A stretch of 37,934 nt of DNA. Origin: a virus (taxonomy: Duplodnaviria; Caudoviricetes). Positions 8,926 to 16,622 of the stretch are shown piece after piece. The position numbers and the translations under genes were made by a program. The notes beneath the pieces are model-generated. The model made no database searches. It was not told the DNA's origin and worked only from the letters and a program-made list of their open reading frames with translations. How positions within the stretch are numbered: position 1 is the stretch's first letter; each line of letters starts with the position of its first letter. The DNA lies in IMG/VR virus record IMGVR_UViG_3300027804_000119, positions 1 to 37,934 of that record. One strand, given 5' to 3'.

Positions 8926-8953
8926 ATTGTACATCACTTTTCAGCAATGTCAA
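8926..8953 (-). promoter_or_regulatory. Sigma70 promoter for tRNA-ssb operon
   Basis: TTGACA(8953-8948)-N16-TACAAT(8931-8926), intergenic, directly upstream of the tRNA. Confidence 0.8.
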
Positions 8954-8967
8954 GCAGTTTACTGCTG

Positions 8968-10755
8968 TCAATGGGTTTCTCTCCAATTTCTTCCAATCTT
9001 GTACTCCCCGTCTAAGGGGCATCTAAGCTTGAAAGCCTCACCTGCCTCAATGATACTCTGTCTGAAGGCTTTACCGACCTCCTCAGCAATATCTTTAGGG
9101 CATTCGATCTGAGCCTCATCGTGAACATTGGCAACATACTTGATCTGCCAGTTGTTAGCTATAACCTTGTCGTCAAACAAGACCAAAGCCTTCTTCATCA
9201 CGACTGCTCCGGCTCCTTGGAGGAGCGAATTGAGGGCAGCGTGTTCTGAGCGAACCCAAATACGTCTCCCATCAAGTCCCATGACATATTTTGTTTCTGC
9301 TTTCCCTTCTTTACTTGGTATCCATCCATTCTTTTCTGGGTCTGTATGTTTTCGGTATATCCATCCTCTAGCTGCTCCGTCATGAACTCTGTCGATGAGT
9401 TTTGCAAGGGCGGGTGTCTGTTTAAGGAACTTCGCTTTAAGCTCTTCTCCATCTCTTGCACTGCCTCCCACAATGCTACCAATCTTTGCATCTCCCGCAC
9501 CATAGAGGAAGGCGTAGATAAAAGTCTTTGCATTATCTCTAGAAGCGAGTCCTGCTGCTCTTTGGTTAACCGTGTGAACATCCGTTCCATCTTTAGATGA
9601 TCCCTCACAGACAGTTCTGACATAATCTTCATCCTTCATATAGTGAGCCAACATACGAAGCTCCAGACCTGAAGCATCGCAACCTACCAACACATTACCA
9701 TCCTCAACTGACCAGCATTCCCGGCACTCAGGCCCATAGATGGAACCTGCATTGGGGATCTGAGCCATGTTAGGGCTACTGTGTGTCATCCGGCCTGTAA
9801 CAGCACCGTTAGTGATGACCTTACCGTGTACCCTACCGTCTTTACCTACAGCTTCTAACCACGATTCAATCTGACTGATACGCTTGTTAAGCATCAGGTA
9901 CTCAGCAATCACCTGAGCCTCTGGTATCTTAACATTAGCCAATACAGTTTCATCAATCTTAGGCTGTCCTGTCTCGGTAAACTCCTTTGGTTTCCAACCG
10001 AGTTCCTTTAACTTTTCTCCGATCTGTTGTCTGCTTCCGGGGTTAAAAGTAACCACGCTGTCCTTGAGTCTCTTTCCAGTTTTGTCAGAGTATCGCTCAA
10101 GTGTGACTGGAGGCCATCTCTCTTGCATTCGCTCATATATTCCTGCCACTTTTGACTTGATGTCAGTAAGTAAACAGGTTGTGTGGATCTGGTCAAGTTT
10201 GAACCCTGCCCTTTCTTGTTTGGCAATGATTGATGCAACACGATGCTCTAAGTCTACCGATTCTTGGCTAAACTGTTTTTGCTCCAGTTCACTAACCAAG
10301 TGAAGATATAACTTAGCAGTAACTTCAACGTCCCTAATGCAATAATGATTAAGAAGGTCGCTAATAGGGAAGTCGAAACACTCACCTTTATACTCCTCTT
10401 TCCTGTCCATCATCCACTGCCATACGGCGGTGTAGTCAATCTTGTTGAACCCTAGAGTTCGTCCCCACGCTTCGAGGCTGTGTCCTGTCTCGCGGCTCGG
10501 GTCTAAAAGACGACTTACTATCAATGTATCGAACACTTGATTCAAACGAATCTTCGTCTTCCATAAGCGATTCAATACTGGTGCATCGAAACTTATGCCG
10601 TTGTGCATGACTATCAACGACACGCCCTTTAAATACTCCCGCAGGTTGTCGGCTACTTTCCATGTCTTTACTTCTCCGGTGTCAATGTCTTTGGTTACAG
10701 CTACATGAATCTTGTCATGTGCTAGGTTTGTTTCGATGTCGAGAACGATTCTCAT
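8968..10755 (-). CDS. polA: Family A (T7-like) DNA polymerase with 3'-5' exonuclease; Tyr at the 762-equivalent site
   Basis: LDIET, HNGISFD, TGRMTHSSPN, CDASGLELR, RDNAKTFIYAFLYG, NVHDE. Confidence 0.97.
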   Translation of the reverse strand: MRIVLDIETNLAHDKIHVAVTKDIDTGEVKTWKVADNLREYLKGVSLIVMHNGISFDAPVLNRLWKTKIRLNQVFDTLIVSRLLDPSRETGHSLEAWGRTLGFNKIDYTAVWQWMMDRKEEYKGECFDFPISDLLNHYCIRDVEVTAKLYLHLVSELEQKQFSQESVDLEHRVASIIAKQERAGFKLDQIHTTCLLTDIKSKVAGIYERMQERWPPVTLERYSDKTGKRLKDSVVTFNPGSRQQIGEKLKELGWKPKEFTETGQPKIDETVLANVKIPEAQVIAEYLMLNKRISQIESWLEAVGKDGRVHGKVITNGAVTGRMTHSSPNMAQIPNAGSIYGPECRECWSVEDGNVLVGCDASGLELRMLAHYMKDEDYVRTVCEGSSKDGTDVHTVNQRAAGLASRDNAKTFIYAFLYGAGDAKIGSIVGGSARDGEELKAKFLKQTPALAKLIDRVHDGAARGWIYRKHTDPEKNGWIPSKEGKAETKYVMGLDGRRIWVRSEHAALNSLLQGAGAVVMKKALVLFDDKVIANNWQIKYVANVHDEAQIECPKDIAEEVGKAFRQSIIEAGEAFKLRCPLDGEYKIGRNWRETH

Positions 10756-10912
10756 CTGTTTCTTCCAAGGGGCTAAAGTAATCACATCCATCTATACTCC
10801 GAGGAGAGCTTGCGAAGTAACTCTGACGATACTCACTAGGCTTTGCCTGTGCTCGATAGCACTTGTCAAACTGAGGACATGAATAGTCGTTACACATTGT
10901 AATATCAGGCAT
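10715..10912 (-). CDS. Small Cys-rich hypothetical protein
   Basis: MPDITMC..SCP..KCYR...CDYF; GAGGAG SD upstream. Confidence 0.7.
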   Translation of the reverse strand: MPDITMCNDYSCPQFDKCYRAQAKPSEYRQSYFASSPRSIDGCDYFSPLEETDENRSRHRNKPST

Positions 10913-10923
10913 CTTCATTCTCC

Positions 10924-11073
10924 TCATTTAATGTTAAGCCACAATCCTATCTGAGCAAAGGCATAGCCCGTCCAGATCATCCCGTTAGAGATCTCTCCCT
11001 TGCTCCATTGTAGCACACCTACGATCAGGTATCCTACTCCGGTAGCCCCTACGATCAAGTGTTCTACTGTCAT
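10924..11073 (-). CDS. Small membrane protein (49 aa)
   Basis: Hand-found: MTVEHLIVGATGVGYLIVGVLQWSKGEISNGMIWTGYAFAQIGLWLNIK. ATGA-coupled to the upstream ORF. Confidence 0.7.
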   Translation of the reverse strand: MTVEHLIVGATGVGYLIVGVLQWSKGEISNGMIWTGYAFAQIGLWLNIK

Positions 11074-11186
11074 TTAGGTTTCTCTTCCTTCTTCTTGCCG
11101 AATATAGCATCCCAGTTATCCCTAAACTTCTGAGGGTCAGGAATAGGCCGTGGTGCTGATCCTTTACCGCCGTCACTTGCTGTCAT
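11070..11186 (-). CDS. Small hypothetical protein (38 aa)
   Basis: Hand-found: MTASDGGKGSAPRPIPDPQKFRDNWDAIFGKKKEEKPK. ATGA overlaps at both ends. Confidence 0.72.
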   Translation of the reverse strand: MTASDGGKGSAPRPIPDPQKFRDNWDAIFGKKKEEKPK

Positions 11187-12781
11187 AACGCTTCCTCCTC
11201 AACTTCGAGCATACGTCCAGTATACCCATTGTATTTCAACTTACAAGCAGGGCCAGTCTCCCCGTTGTACCTGTTCTTCGCCACTGCAATCTTGGTCAAG
11301 TGACGCTCTTCCTCGTTCTCAGCCATGCTGTTACGCTCCAACGTGATTACTGCATCGCTCAGTTGTGCAATGGCTCCAGAGCCTCGCAACTGTGACAATG
11401 ACACACTACCTCCGTCCTCATGGCCTTGGTTGCCTTGTGGTCTACGCAAGTGACTCACGCAGATCAAGGTGATGTTCAGCTCTTGCACCAGTGTGCGGAG
11501 CTTTGTCATCATGTTATCAATGGCTTTACGCTCGTCACCAAGGTCTTGACCGCTAACAACAATGGAAATGTGATCAAGAAAGACGACACGACAGTCACAA
11601 GCTTTAGCCATGTAGCGGATTCTGTTGGATATATTGTCCACGTCACTACTACCGAAATGGTCAAACAGATAAATGCGATTACTTCCCAAGGTAGCATCAA
11701 AAGCCTCCTTCAATTCCTGCTCTGTGGTAGGTGTATCAGGCAAGTGTAACAGCTTGTTGGCATGAAGGCTCATAATACTCCGTGCTGTCTTGCGTGTTGA
11801 CTCTTCCAAGAATAACCCACCAATGTTCCACTTCGTAGTCTGCAAGAGGTTATACAAGATCTCCCGCAAGAACTGACTCTTACCTAACCCACTGCCTGCG
11901 GTGACTGTAATCAACTCTGCTGGCCTGATACCGTACAAGAGCTTATTCAAGCCCTTCCAAGGGTACTGTGCCTCTGCAACTGGCTCTGGCTTGGAGATTT
12001 CCTCCCAGAGGTCAGCAGCATTCACGATACCGTCAGGCACATAAGGACTAGCCCTCCACCACTCGTTAACAAAGTCCTTGGTAGCCCCTGCAATCAGGTA
12101 GTCACAAGCATCCTTGTGCCCACTCTTGTGTTGCATGATCTTGGCCTTGTTACCGAACAATTCAGCCACTTCCTTAGCCGCCTTCTTACCCGGCTCATCA
12201 GCATCAAAGCAGATAACCACAGAGTCAAAGCTGTTCAACCACTCATAGTTAGCCTTACAGTCCTTTAAAGCAGCCTGAGCGCCATTCCTGATACTCACTG
12301 TAGGGTAGAGAGATCCTTGCATCTGGAAAGCTGCGAGAGCGTCAAGCTCTCCTTCTGTGATGGTGATAGCTTTTCCTCCAGCGTGAAAGAGATGCTGACC
12401 GAATAGTGTTGCTCGCCCGAAGTCTCCTGAGATGGAGAATTGCTTTGTAGGAACACTGCGTTGCTTAACAGCCGTTCTAACTCCATCTCCGTCAGTGTAA
12501 GGATAATACTGATAGTCTCCATCTGTGGTTACTCCATACTTCTCACAAGTGGCCTGACTGATACCACGGTCAGGGATTGATTTAAATGTGCCTCGAATGT
12601 CCATAATAGCCTTCTTCGTGGGCGCTACAGCGTCCCTCATTACCGTTCGCTCATCGTAAGCACCTTCGTGCTCGGTTACACCGCAACTGAAGCAGTGGGT
12701 GTGTCCATCATCGTACAGGCTATTAGCATCCTTGCTACCGCAGTGGTCGCAGGAGATGTGCCTGAGAAACTTACTAGCCAC
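11183..12781 (-). CDS. T7 gp4-like DNA primase-helicase
   Basis: N-terminal Zn finger (CDHC...CFSC), TOPRIM (TEGELD, FDAD), helicase GSGLGKS, LDHISI, LRGSGAIAQLSD, KNRYNG. GTG start. Confidence 0.97.
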   Translation of the reverse strand: MASKFLRHISCDHCGSKDANSLYDDGHTHCFSCGVTEHEGAYDERTVMRDAVAPTKKAIMDIRGTFKSIPDRGISQATCEKYGVTTDGDYQYYPYTDGDGVRTAVKQRSVPTKQFSISGDFGRATLFGQHLFHAGGKAITITEGELDALAAFQMQGSLYPTVSIRNGAQAALKDCKANYEWLNSFDSVVICFDADEPGKKAAKEVAELFGNKAKIMQHKSGHKDACDYLIAGATKDFVNEWWRASPYVPDGIVNAADLWEEISKPEPVAEAQYPWKGLNKLLYGIRPAELITVTAGSGLGKSQFLREILYNLLQTTKWNIGGLFLEESTRKTARSIMSLHANKLLHLPDTPTTEQELKEAFDATLGSNRIYLFDHFGSSDVDNISNRIRYMAKACDCRVVFLDHISIVVSGQDLGDERKAIDNMMTKLRTLVQELNITLICVSHLRRPQGNQGHEDGGSVSLSQLRGSGAIAQLSDAVITLERNSMAENEEERHLTKIAVAKNRYNGETGPACKLKYNGYTGRMLEVEEEAL

Positions 12782-13250
12782 AGTTCTTCTCCTTTAATTT
12801 GGCTTCGATGGCTCTATGCAATTCCAATATTCGTTCAACATTGAAAGGTTTTCCATTGCAAATTGCGTTAAATGTTTTAATGACTTGCTCATCCGTCAGT
12901 GACACCCATGTGCGCTGTGCAAGTGCAGCGTCCCATGCTCTCCAGCAACCAGCCTTAAAGTCTTCATTGCCCCAGTGTGCGTTGTCGTACCAATCAAGGA
13001 ACGCCACAGGCTCTTGCTGTGCTGGCTCATAGTCCAACCCCAACTCTCTGGCGTTCTCTGCCATCTTGTCAAGGGCTTCGTTGGCAAGGGCTTCTCGCAA
13101 TCTAGCAATTGCAAACCTTGCATTTTGGAGTGCAACATGGTCATGCTTCATACAAAAATAACGACCTTTTGTTTGCGCCACAAGTTCTTTCAACGCCTCC
13201 AGCGCCAGCTTCATCGCACTACGTGCTGTTGCTTCAGTGGTAGCCATCAT
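12774..13250 (-). CDS. Hypothetical accessory protein
   Basis: ORF with QQEPVA and terminal AIEAKLKEKN motifs, which I associate with mosaic proteobacterial phage accessory proteins. Confidence 0.7.
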   Translation of the reverse strand: MMATTEATARSAMKLALEALKELVAQTKGRYFCMKHDHVALQNARFAIARLREALANEALDKMAENARELGLDYEPAQQEPVAFLDWYDNAHWGNEDFKAGCWRAWDAALAQRTWVSLTDEQVIKTFNAICNGKPFNVERILELHRAIEAKLKEKNCG

Positions 13251-13464
13251 ATTGCCTTTCAAGCTCATCCCAAGAGTTATTCACCTGTTTACCAATGGAT
13301 TCAAGGTCATTCAAGTCCAGTGTATCCACAATGTTAACATCCTTGTACCACACTTCCAAGCTATCCCAATCAATCTCAGGATCGTCAGAATAGATGTACA
13401 TCTTAAAGACTACTAAGACTTTAGCACTACCTTCACCGAGTGTAAGCATTAGTTGATACATCAT
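13234..13464 (-). CDS. Acidic hypothetical protein
   Basis: 76-aa ORF in a packed operon. Confidence 0.7.
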   Translation of the reverse strand: MMYQLMLTLGEGSAKVLVVFKMYIYSDDPEIDWDSLEVWYKDVNIVDTLDLNDLESIGKQVNNSWDELERQYDGYH

Positions 13465-13517
13465 TTAAGCACCACCTTTAACAGGGTTAAGACACCCACA
13501 AACAGTGAGACAATCAT
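13461..13517 (-). CDS. 18-aa hydrophobic micropeptide
   Basis: MIVSLFVGVLTLLKVVLK; ATGA overlap with both neighbours. Confidence 0.6.
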   Translation of the reverse strand: MIVSLFVGVLTLLKVVLK

Positions 13518-13711
13518 TCTTTGTTCCTCTCATGCTCAGACATTCGTTTCACAGCTTGCATTACATCGTACATGACCTGTTCATAGCCGTTAGCACGGAT
13601 AAGACCAGCCATATCGTCAATCACTGAGTGATACCAGCACTCAAAGTTCACCAGTTCTTGCTCTTGTTTGTCCATAAGTTCAATCATTGAATCGTTCATG
13701 TTACCAACCAT
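13514..13711 (-). CDS. Hypothetical protein
   Basis: First ORF after the promoter at 13900; start may be 13699. Confidence 0.65.
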   Translation of the reverse strand: MVGNMNDSMIELMDKQEQELVNFECWYHSVIDDMAGLIRANGYEQVMYDVMQAVKRMSEHERNKE

Positions 13712-13730
13712 TAGTGAAAGTTAAACGAAG

Positions 13731-13868
13731 TTAGACACACATCTATAGTACTTTAAAGTACCTAAGACATTTCTTCTATGCTTCTATGTCTCTTTATAAG
13801 ATACTTATAGTAAGTACTTATAGTATGTTACATCTAAGCATAGAAGCAACATCTTAGATACTCTATAG
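13731..13868 (-). repeat. AT-rich palindromic element A
   Basis: Non-coding. Tandem TACTTATAGTA; GTACTTTAAAGTAC palindrome; CTTCTATGCTT/AAGCATAGAAG inverted repeat; inverted homology to 17052-17183. Confidence 0.8.
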
Positions 13869-13872
13869 TATT

Positions 13873-13900
13873 ATTATATGTGCAGATCAATCTTTGTCAA
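13873..13900 (-). promoter_or_regulatory. Sigma70 promoter for the replication arm
   Basis: TTGACA(13900-13895)-N16-TATAAT(13878-13873). Confidence 0.85.
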
Positions 13901-14138
13901 CCCCTAAATTGTAACCAAGTGTAACAGAGGTGACATCTAGGTCATTGCCCATGGTGTCCGGGTTGTCTAATTCATCGTCAAAGTCTGCCTCTTTGACCAG
14001 ATCAGGTCTATCCTTTGTCGGTATGTTGGGCATGTCCTTCATACACCTATTGCACATATCAAGGAATTCATTGGTAATTGCATGTCTACGGGTTGATTCG
14101 TAGTCATTCAAAGTCTTATCACAAGCGATACAGCGCAT
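13887..14138 (-). CDS. Small zinc-finger protein
   Basis: MRCIACD...DMCNRC followed by an acidic tail. Confidence 0.75.
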   Translation of the reverse strand: MRCIACDKTLNDYESTRRHAITNEFLDMCNRCMKDMPNIPTKDRPDLVKEADFDDELDNPDTMGNDLDVTSVTLGYNLGVDKD

Positions 14139-14238
14139 TATTAGTCCTTCTGGCTATGTAGCCCTTAGTTGATTCATTTGAGGCCCTTGTAGGCCCTTTT
14201 AGAGGCCTCTATGAGGCTTTCTCGATGGTAGTAATAAC

Positions 14239-14325
14239 TCAATAAGCCATTGAATCATAGTACCCCGCTAGTAGGTAAGCACAAAGTACTACAGCCAATA
14301 CAAGCCAATGGTTATTGATTTTCAT
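14239..14325 (-). CDS. 28-aa hydrophobic peptide
   Basis: Hand-found: MKINNHWLVLAVVLCAYLLAGYYDSMAY, overlapping the upstream stop. Confidence 0.45.
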   Translation of the reverse strand: MKINNHWLVLAVVLCAYLLAGYYDSMAY

Positions 14326-14527
14326 ATTCCACCCTCACCATGTCTTCAATGTCTAAGATGACTTGATAGTCAACGATAGCCTTTACATCATGGTCACCCG
14401 GTAAACCCTCAAGATACAGGTCTGTACAGGTGACGATTAAGGGCAAAGTCTGTATTGATTGTATCTCGCACAGGCCGTAGAAGTCAAACCCTCTAATCCT
14501 GTAGCTGAATTGCTTAATCTTGGTCAC
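14312..14527 (-). CDS. Hypothetical protein
   Basis: 71 aa, GTG start, GGAGG SD. Confidence 0.7.
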   Translation of the reverse strand: MTKIKQFSYRIRGFDFYGLCEIQSIQTLPLIVTCTDLYLEGLPGDHDVKAIVDYQVILDIEDMVRVEYENQ

Positions 14528-14649
14528 AATAGTGCTTCCTCCATGTCATCTAGGTTATTCGTTGGGCTTGGTTTGTGCTGACCCTTGTCAGCCTCCAATG
14601 CCTCTGATTCTGGTGTCTGTTCGCCGTTGATGTACTTAAAAGGCCACAT
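14524..14649 (-). CDS. Small hypothetical protein (41 aa)
   Basis: Hand-found: MWPFKYINGEQTPES...DMEEALL, coupled to both neighbours. Confidence 0.65.
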   Translation of the reverse strand: MWPFKYINGEQTPESEALEADKGQHKPSPTNNLDDMEEALL

Positions 14650-14822
14650 TATACTAACCTTTGCACTTTCTTGGCCAAGTTAACAGCCCGTGTAATGCGC
14701 CACTTCGCCGCCTGTACTGTCTTGACCACTCGGATCTTGCCCGTGTGCATGTTGACTAGATCCACTTTGTCGATCTTGCGATTGTCTACAATGTAGAAAT
14801 GTTTGTATGTGATTACTTTCAT
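14649..14822 (-). CDS. Small basic hypothetical protein (57 aa)
   Basis: Hand-found: MKVITYKHFYIVDNRK...LAKKVQRLV; AAGGA SD; TAATG overlap with the next gene. Confidence 0.7.
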   Translation of the reverse strand: MKVITYKHFYIVDNRKIDKVDLVNMHTGKIRVVKTVQAAKWRITRAVNLAKKVQRLV

Positions 14823-14878
14823 GTTACTTTTCCTTAATCTTTCGTATAACCCATATCACTGAGGGAGTGACACCCATA

Positions 14879-15082
14879 CTAACTAACCTTTTTCAAGGTG
14901 AACAACCCAAGACAATCCCCTCTGACCCATTGATTAGGGTCAATCTCGCCCGTTAGAGGGTCATTATAGGGCTTTTCTGGCGCATAGTCGTTGCACTCTA
15001 GCCAATGCTGACAGATACCCCTCTCAGAGGCGCTAAAAGCCACTATACCGGATGATTTAAATTGGACTTCGTAGCGTGACAT
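14879..15082 (-). CDS. Hypothetical early protein
   Basis: 67-aa ORF with GGAG SD. Confidence 0.7.
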   Translation of the reverse strand: MSRYEVQFKSSGIVAFSASERGICQHWLECNDYAPEKPYNDPLTGEIDPNQWVRGDCLGLFTLKKVS

Positions 15083-15085
15083 GGT

Positions 15086-15289
15086 TCAATTCTCCATTGA
15101 GTGAGGATATTTTGTCAGGCACACCTGAGACACTCCATTCTGTGACTTTGTGTGTCTCTCATAGTGAATCACGCCTTCAGACTGCATGAAAGCATGCTCA
15201 GAGACCTCTGCAATAGGGTCTGTATCGTCTTGATCCTCCAATTCTGGATCATAGACAAAGAATCTAATTGGTAAGGTTGAAAAGGCCAT
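15086..15289 (-). CDS. Acidic hypothetical early protein
   Basis: 67-aa ORF with AAGGGG SD. Confidence 0.7.
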   Translation of the reverse strand: MAFSTLPIRFFVYDPELEDQDDTDPIAEVSEHAFMQSEGVIHYERHTKSQNGVSQVCLTKYPHSMEN

Positions 15290-15298
15290 GTTAACCCC

Positions 15299-15631
15299 TT
15301 AGAACACTTGGTACACGATTTCGCAGTCAGTCTCGCCCAATACCATCGTGTTATCGTTCAGGTAATCCAAGACAATCTGCTTTTCGTCATCCTCATCGCC
15401 ATCGGCATCAGACAAGTCGATGCGGTAATTGTCTGCAATGTCTTTGTAGTGGCTTGAATCGTAATCGCAACAAATGGCAATAACATCCAATTCCAACTCT
15501 TCGTTACAGTCTTGTTCGTACTGCTCCAAGTAATCAAAGATAACCCGCAAGGCTTTATAACCGAATTGATCGTATCGGTCATAAGCACGGAAAGCATCGA
15601 CAAAGGAAGAGAAATTGATAGCTTGTTTCAT
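15299..15631 (-). CDS. Highly acidic early protein (110 aa), candidate DNA mimic
   Basis: Start MKQAINF with GGAG SD; 28 D/E versus 8 K/R by hand count. Confidence 0.75.
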   Translation of the reverse strand: MKQAINFSSFVDAFRAYDRYDQFGYKALRVIFDYLEQYEQDCNEELELDVIAICCDYDSSHYKDIADNYRIDLSDADGDEDDEKQIVLDYLNDNTMVLGETDCEIVYQVF

Positions 15632-15739
15632 GGTGTAAACTCCAAGGTTTGTGCCTGAACATCTCAGACGGGATTTAGTGCGATAGAGTTGCACTGCATA
15701 GGATTCTATCATTGGGACAAAACCCTACACGGTACACAG

Positions 15740-15901
15740 TCACTTTACATGGCCGCATCGCTTCCAGTCATCGTATGTAGTGTAATCATTGAAGACAACA
15801 TACTGACCCGCGTTTGCGTTTACATGATGATTCAACACCTTGCGGATGATCGCATTGGGAAATGCTTTTTTGGCTTCGTATCGTGTGTAAAAGTAATTCA
15901 T
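15740..15901 (-). CDS. Small hypothetical early protein (53 aa)
   Basis: Hand-found: MNYFYTRYEAKKAFP...WKRCGHVK; GGAG SD. Confidence 0.65.
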   Translation of the reverse strand: MNYFYTRYEAKKAFPNAIIRKVLNHHVNANAGQYVVFNDYTTYDDWKRCGHVK

Positions 15902-15952
15902 GGTTTGCTCCGATTGATTGTTTGTAAATTGTACCTTAGCCGCGCCAGTGGA

Positions 15953-16078
15953 TCAACCACGCCAAGCAAGCAAGACACCGATAAAGGCGAACACGGCGAC
16001 ACAGGCCACGGCGATTATGATGCCCTGCACTGGTGACTCGGCAGGTTCTGGTGTGTATGTGTATTGATGGTTAGACAT
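15953..16078 (-). CDS. Small single-pass membrane protein (41 aa)
   Basis: Hand-found: MSNHQYTYTPEPAESPVQGIIIAVACVAVFAFIGVLLAWRG. Confidence 0.65.
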   Translation of the reverse strand: MSNHQYTYTPEPAESPVQGIIIAVACVAVFAFIGVLLAWRG

Positions 16079-16087
16079 TGGTTTCTT

Positions 16088-16222
16088 TCAGTTGGTTGAT
16101 GATTCAGGTTTAACGCTAGCCGCCGCCGCTTGCGCTAGTTTCCAAGCCTCATAAGGTATCAAGCCTGCGACAATGGCGCGATTCCATGCGGCGCACCATG
16201 CTAAGTGTTGGTCTGTAGTCAT
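16088..16222 (-). CDS. First early ORF (44 aa)
   Basis: Hand-found: MTTDQHLAWCAAWNRAIVAG...; AAAGGA SD. Confidence 0.6.
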   Translation of the reverse strand: MTTDQHLAWCAAWNRAIVAGLIPYEAWKLAQAAAASVKPESSTN

Positions 16223-16335
16223 TGTATTGTTCCTTTAAAGGTTTAACGGTTAGACACTGTTTTCGGTTGACAAGATAGACAATTATTTTTCTACCCTCTC
16301 ACATATATAGCAGGAAAGATCCGTGCCAGTTCTCG

Positions 16336-16348
16336 TAAGTCGTTGATT
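16336..16348. promoter_or_regulatory. IHF consensus site
   Basis: TAAGTCGTTGATT matches YAANNNNTTGATW exactly. A second site matching all but the last base lies at 16742-16754. Confidence 0.55.
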
Positions 16349-16414
16349 CTATTGACCCCTCCAAAACCCTAATAGGGTAAACCCTTAATACTATTGTATC
16401 TAATATCTTATAAA

Positions 16415-16434
16415 TACTGGGTGAATGTACAGTA
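16415..16434. promoter_or_regulatory. LexA (SOS)-box-like palindrome
   Basis: TACTG-GGTGAATGTA-CAGTA = TACTG-N10-CAGTA. Confidence 0.5.
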
Positions 16435-16495
16435 CTGGGTAGACTGGATAGTTGGCACTGTAGGAACCTGCTTCGACCCTCACATGTGCCTACAA

Positions 16496-16543
16496 ACACT
16501 ACCTATAGTGTACCCTACCCAGTTCAGACACTACCTATAGTGT
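16496..16543. repeat. Two exact copies of palindromic 16-mer ACACTACCTATAGTGT, 32-bp period
   Basis: 16496-16511 and 16528-16543. Confidence 0.85.
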
Positions 16544-16622
16544 TTACAATGTGACTGTACAGTTCAGTAACAGACTAGACAGTACAGTATAATTATGACT
16601 ACTCAGTCACTTTCTAGCCTAC

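Noticed and set aside
8459-9112. 217-aa plus-strand ORF
   Set aside because: Antisense to ssb, the tRNA and the end of polA; no protein-like features.
16309-16328. Canonical sigma54 promoter
   Set aside because: The -12 position reads TTTC rather than TTGC and the GG-GC spacing is wrong; kept only as an unexplained motif.
16496-16520. Functional T7/SP6-type phage promoter
   Set aside because: No single-subunit RNAP is encoded and I did not see the motif ahead of late genes.
16496-16543. Mini-CRISPR array
   Set aside because: Only two 16-bp repeats with a 16-bp gap; too short, and no cas genes.
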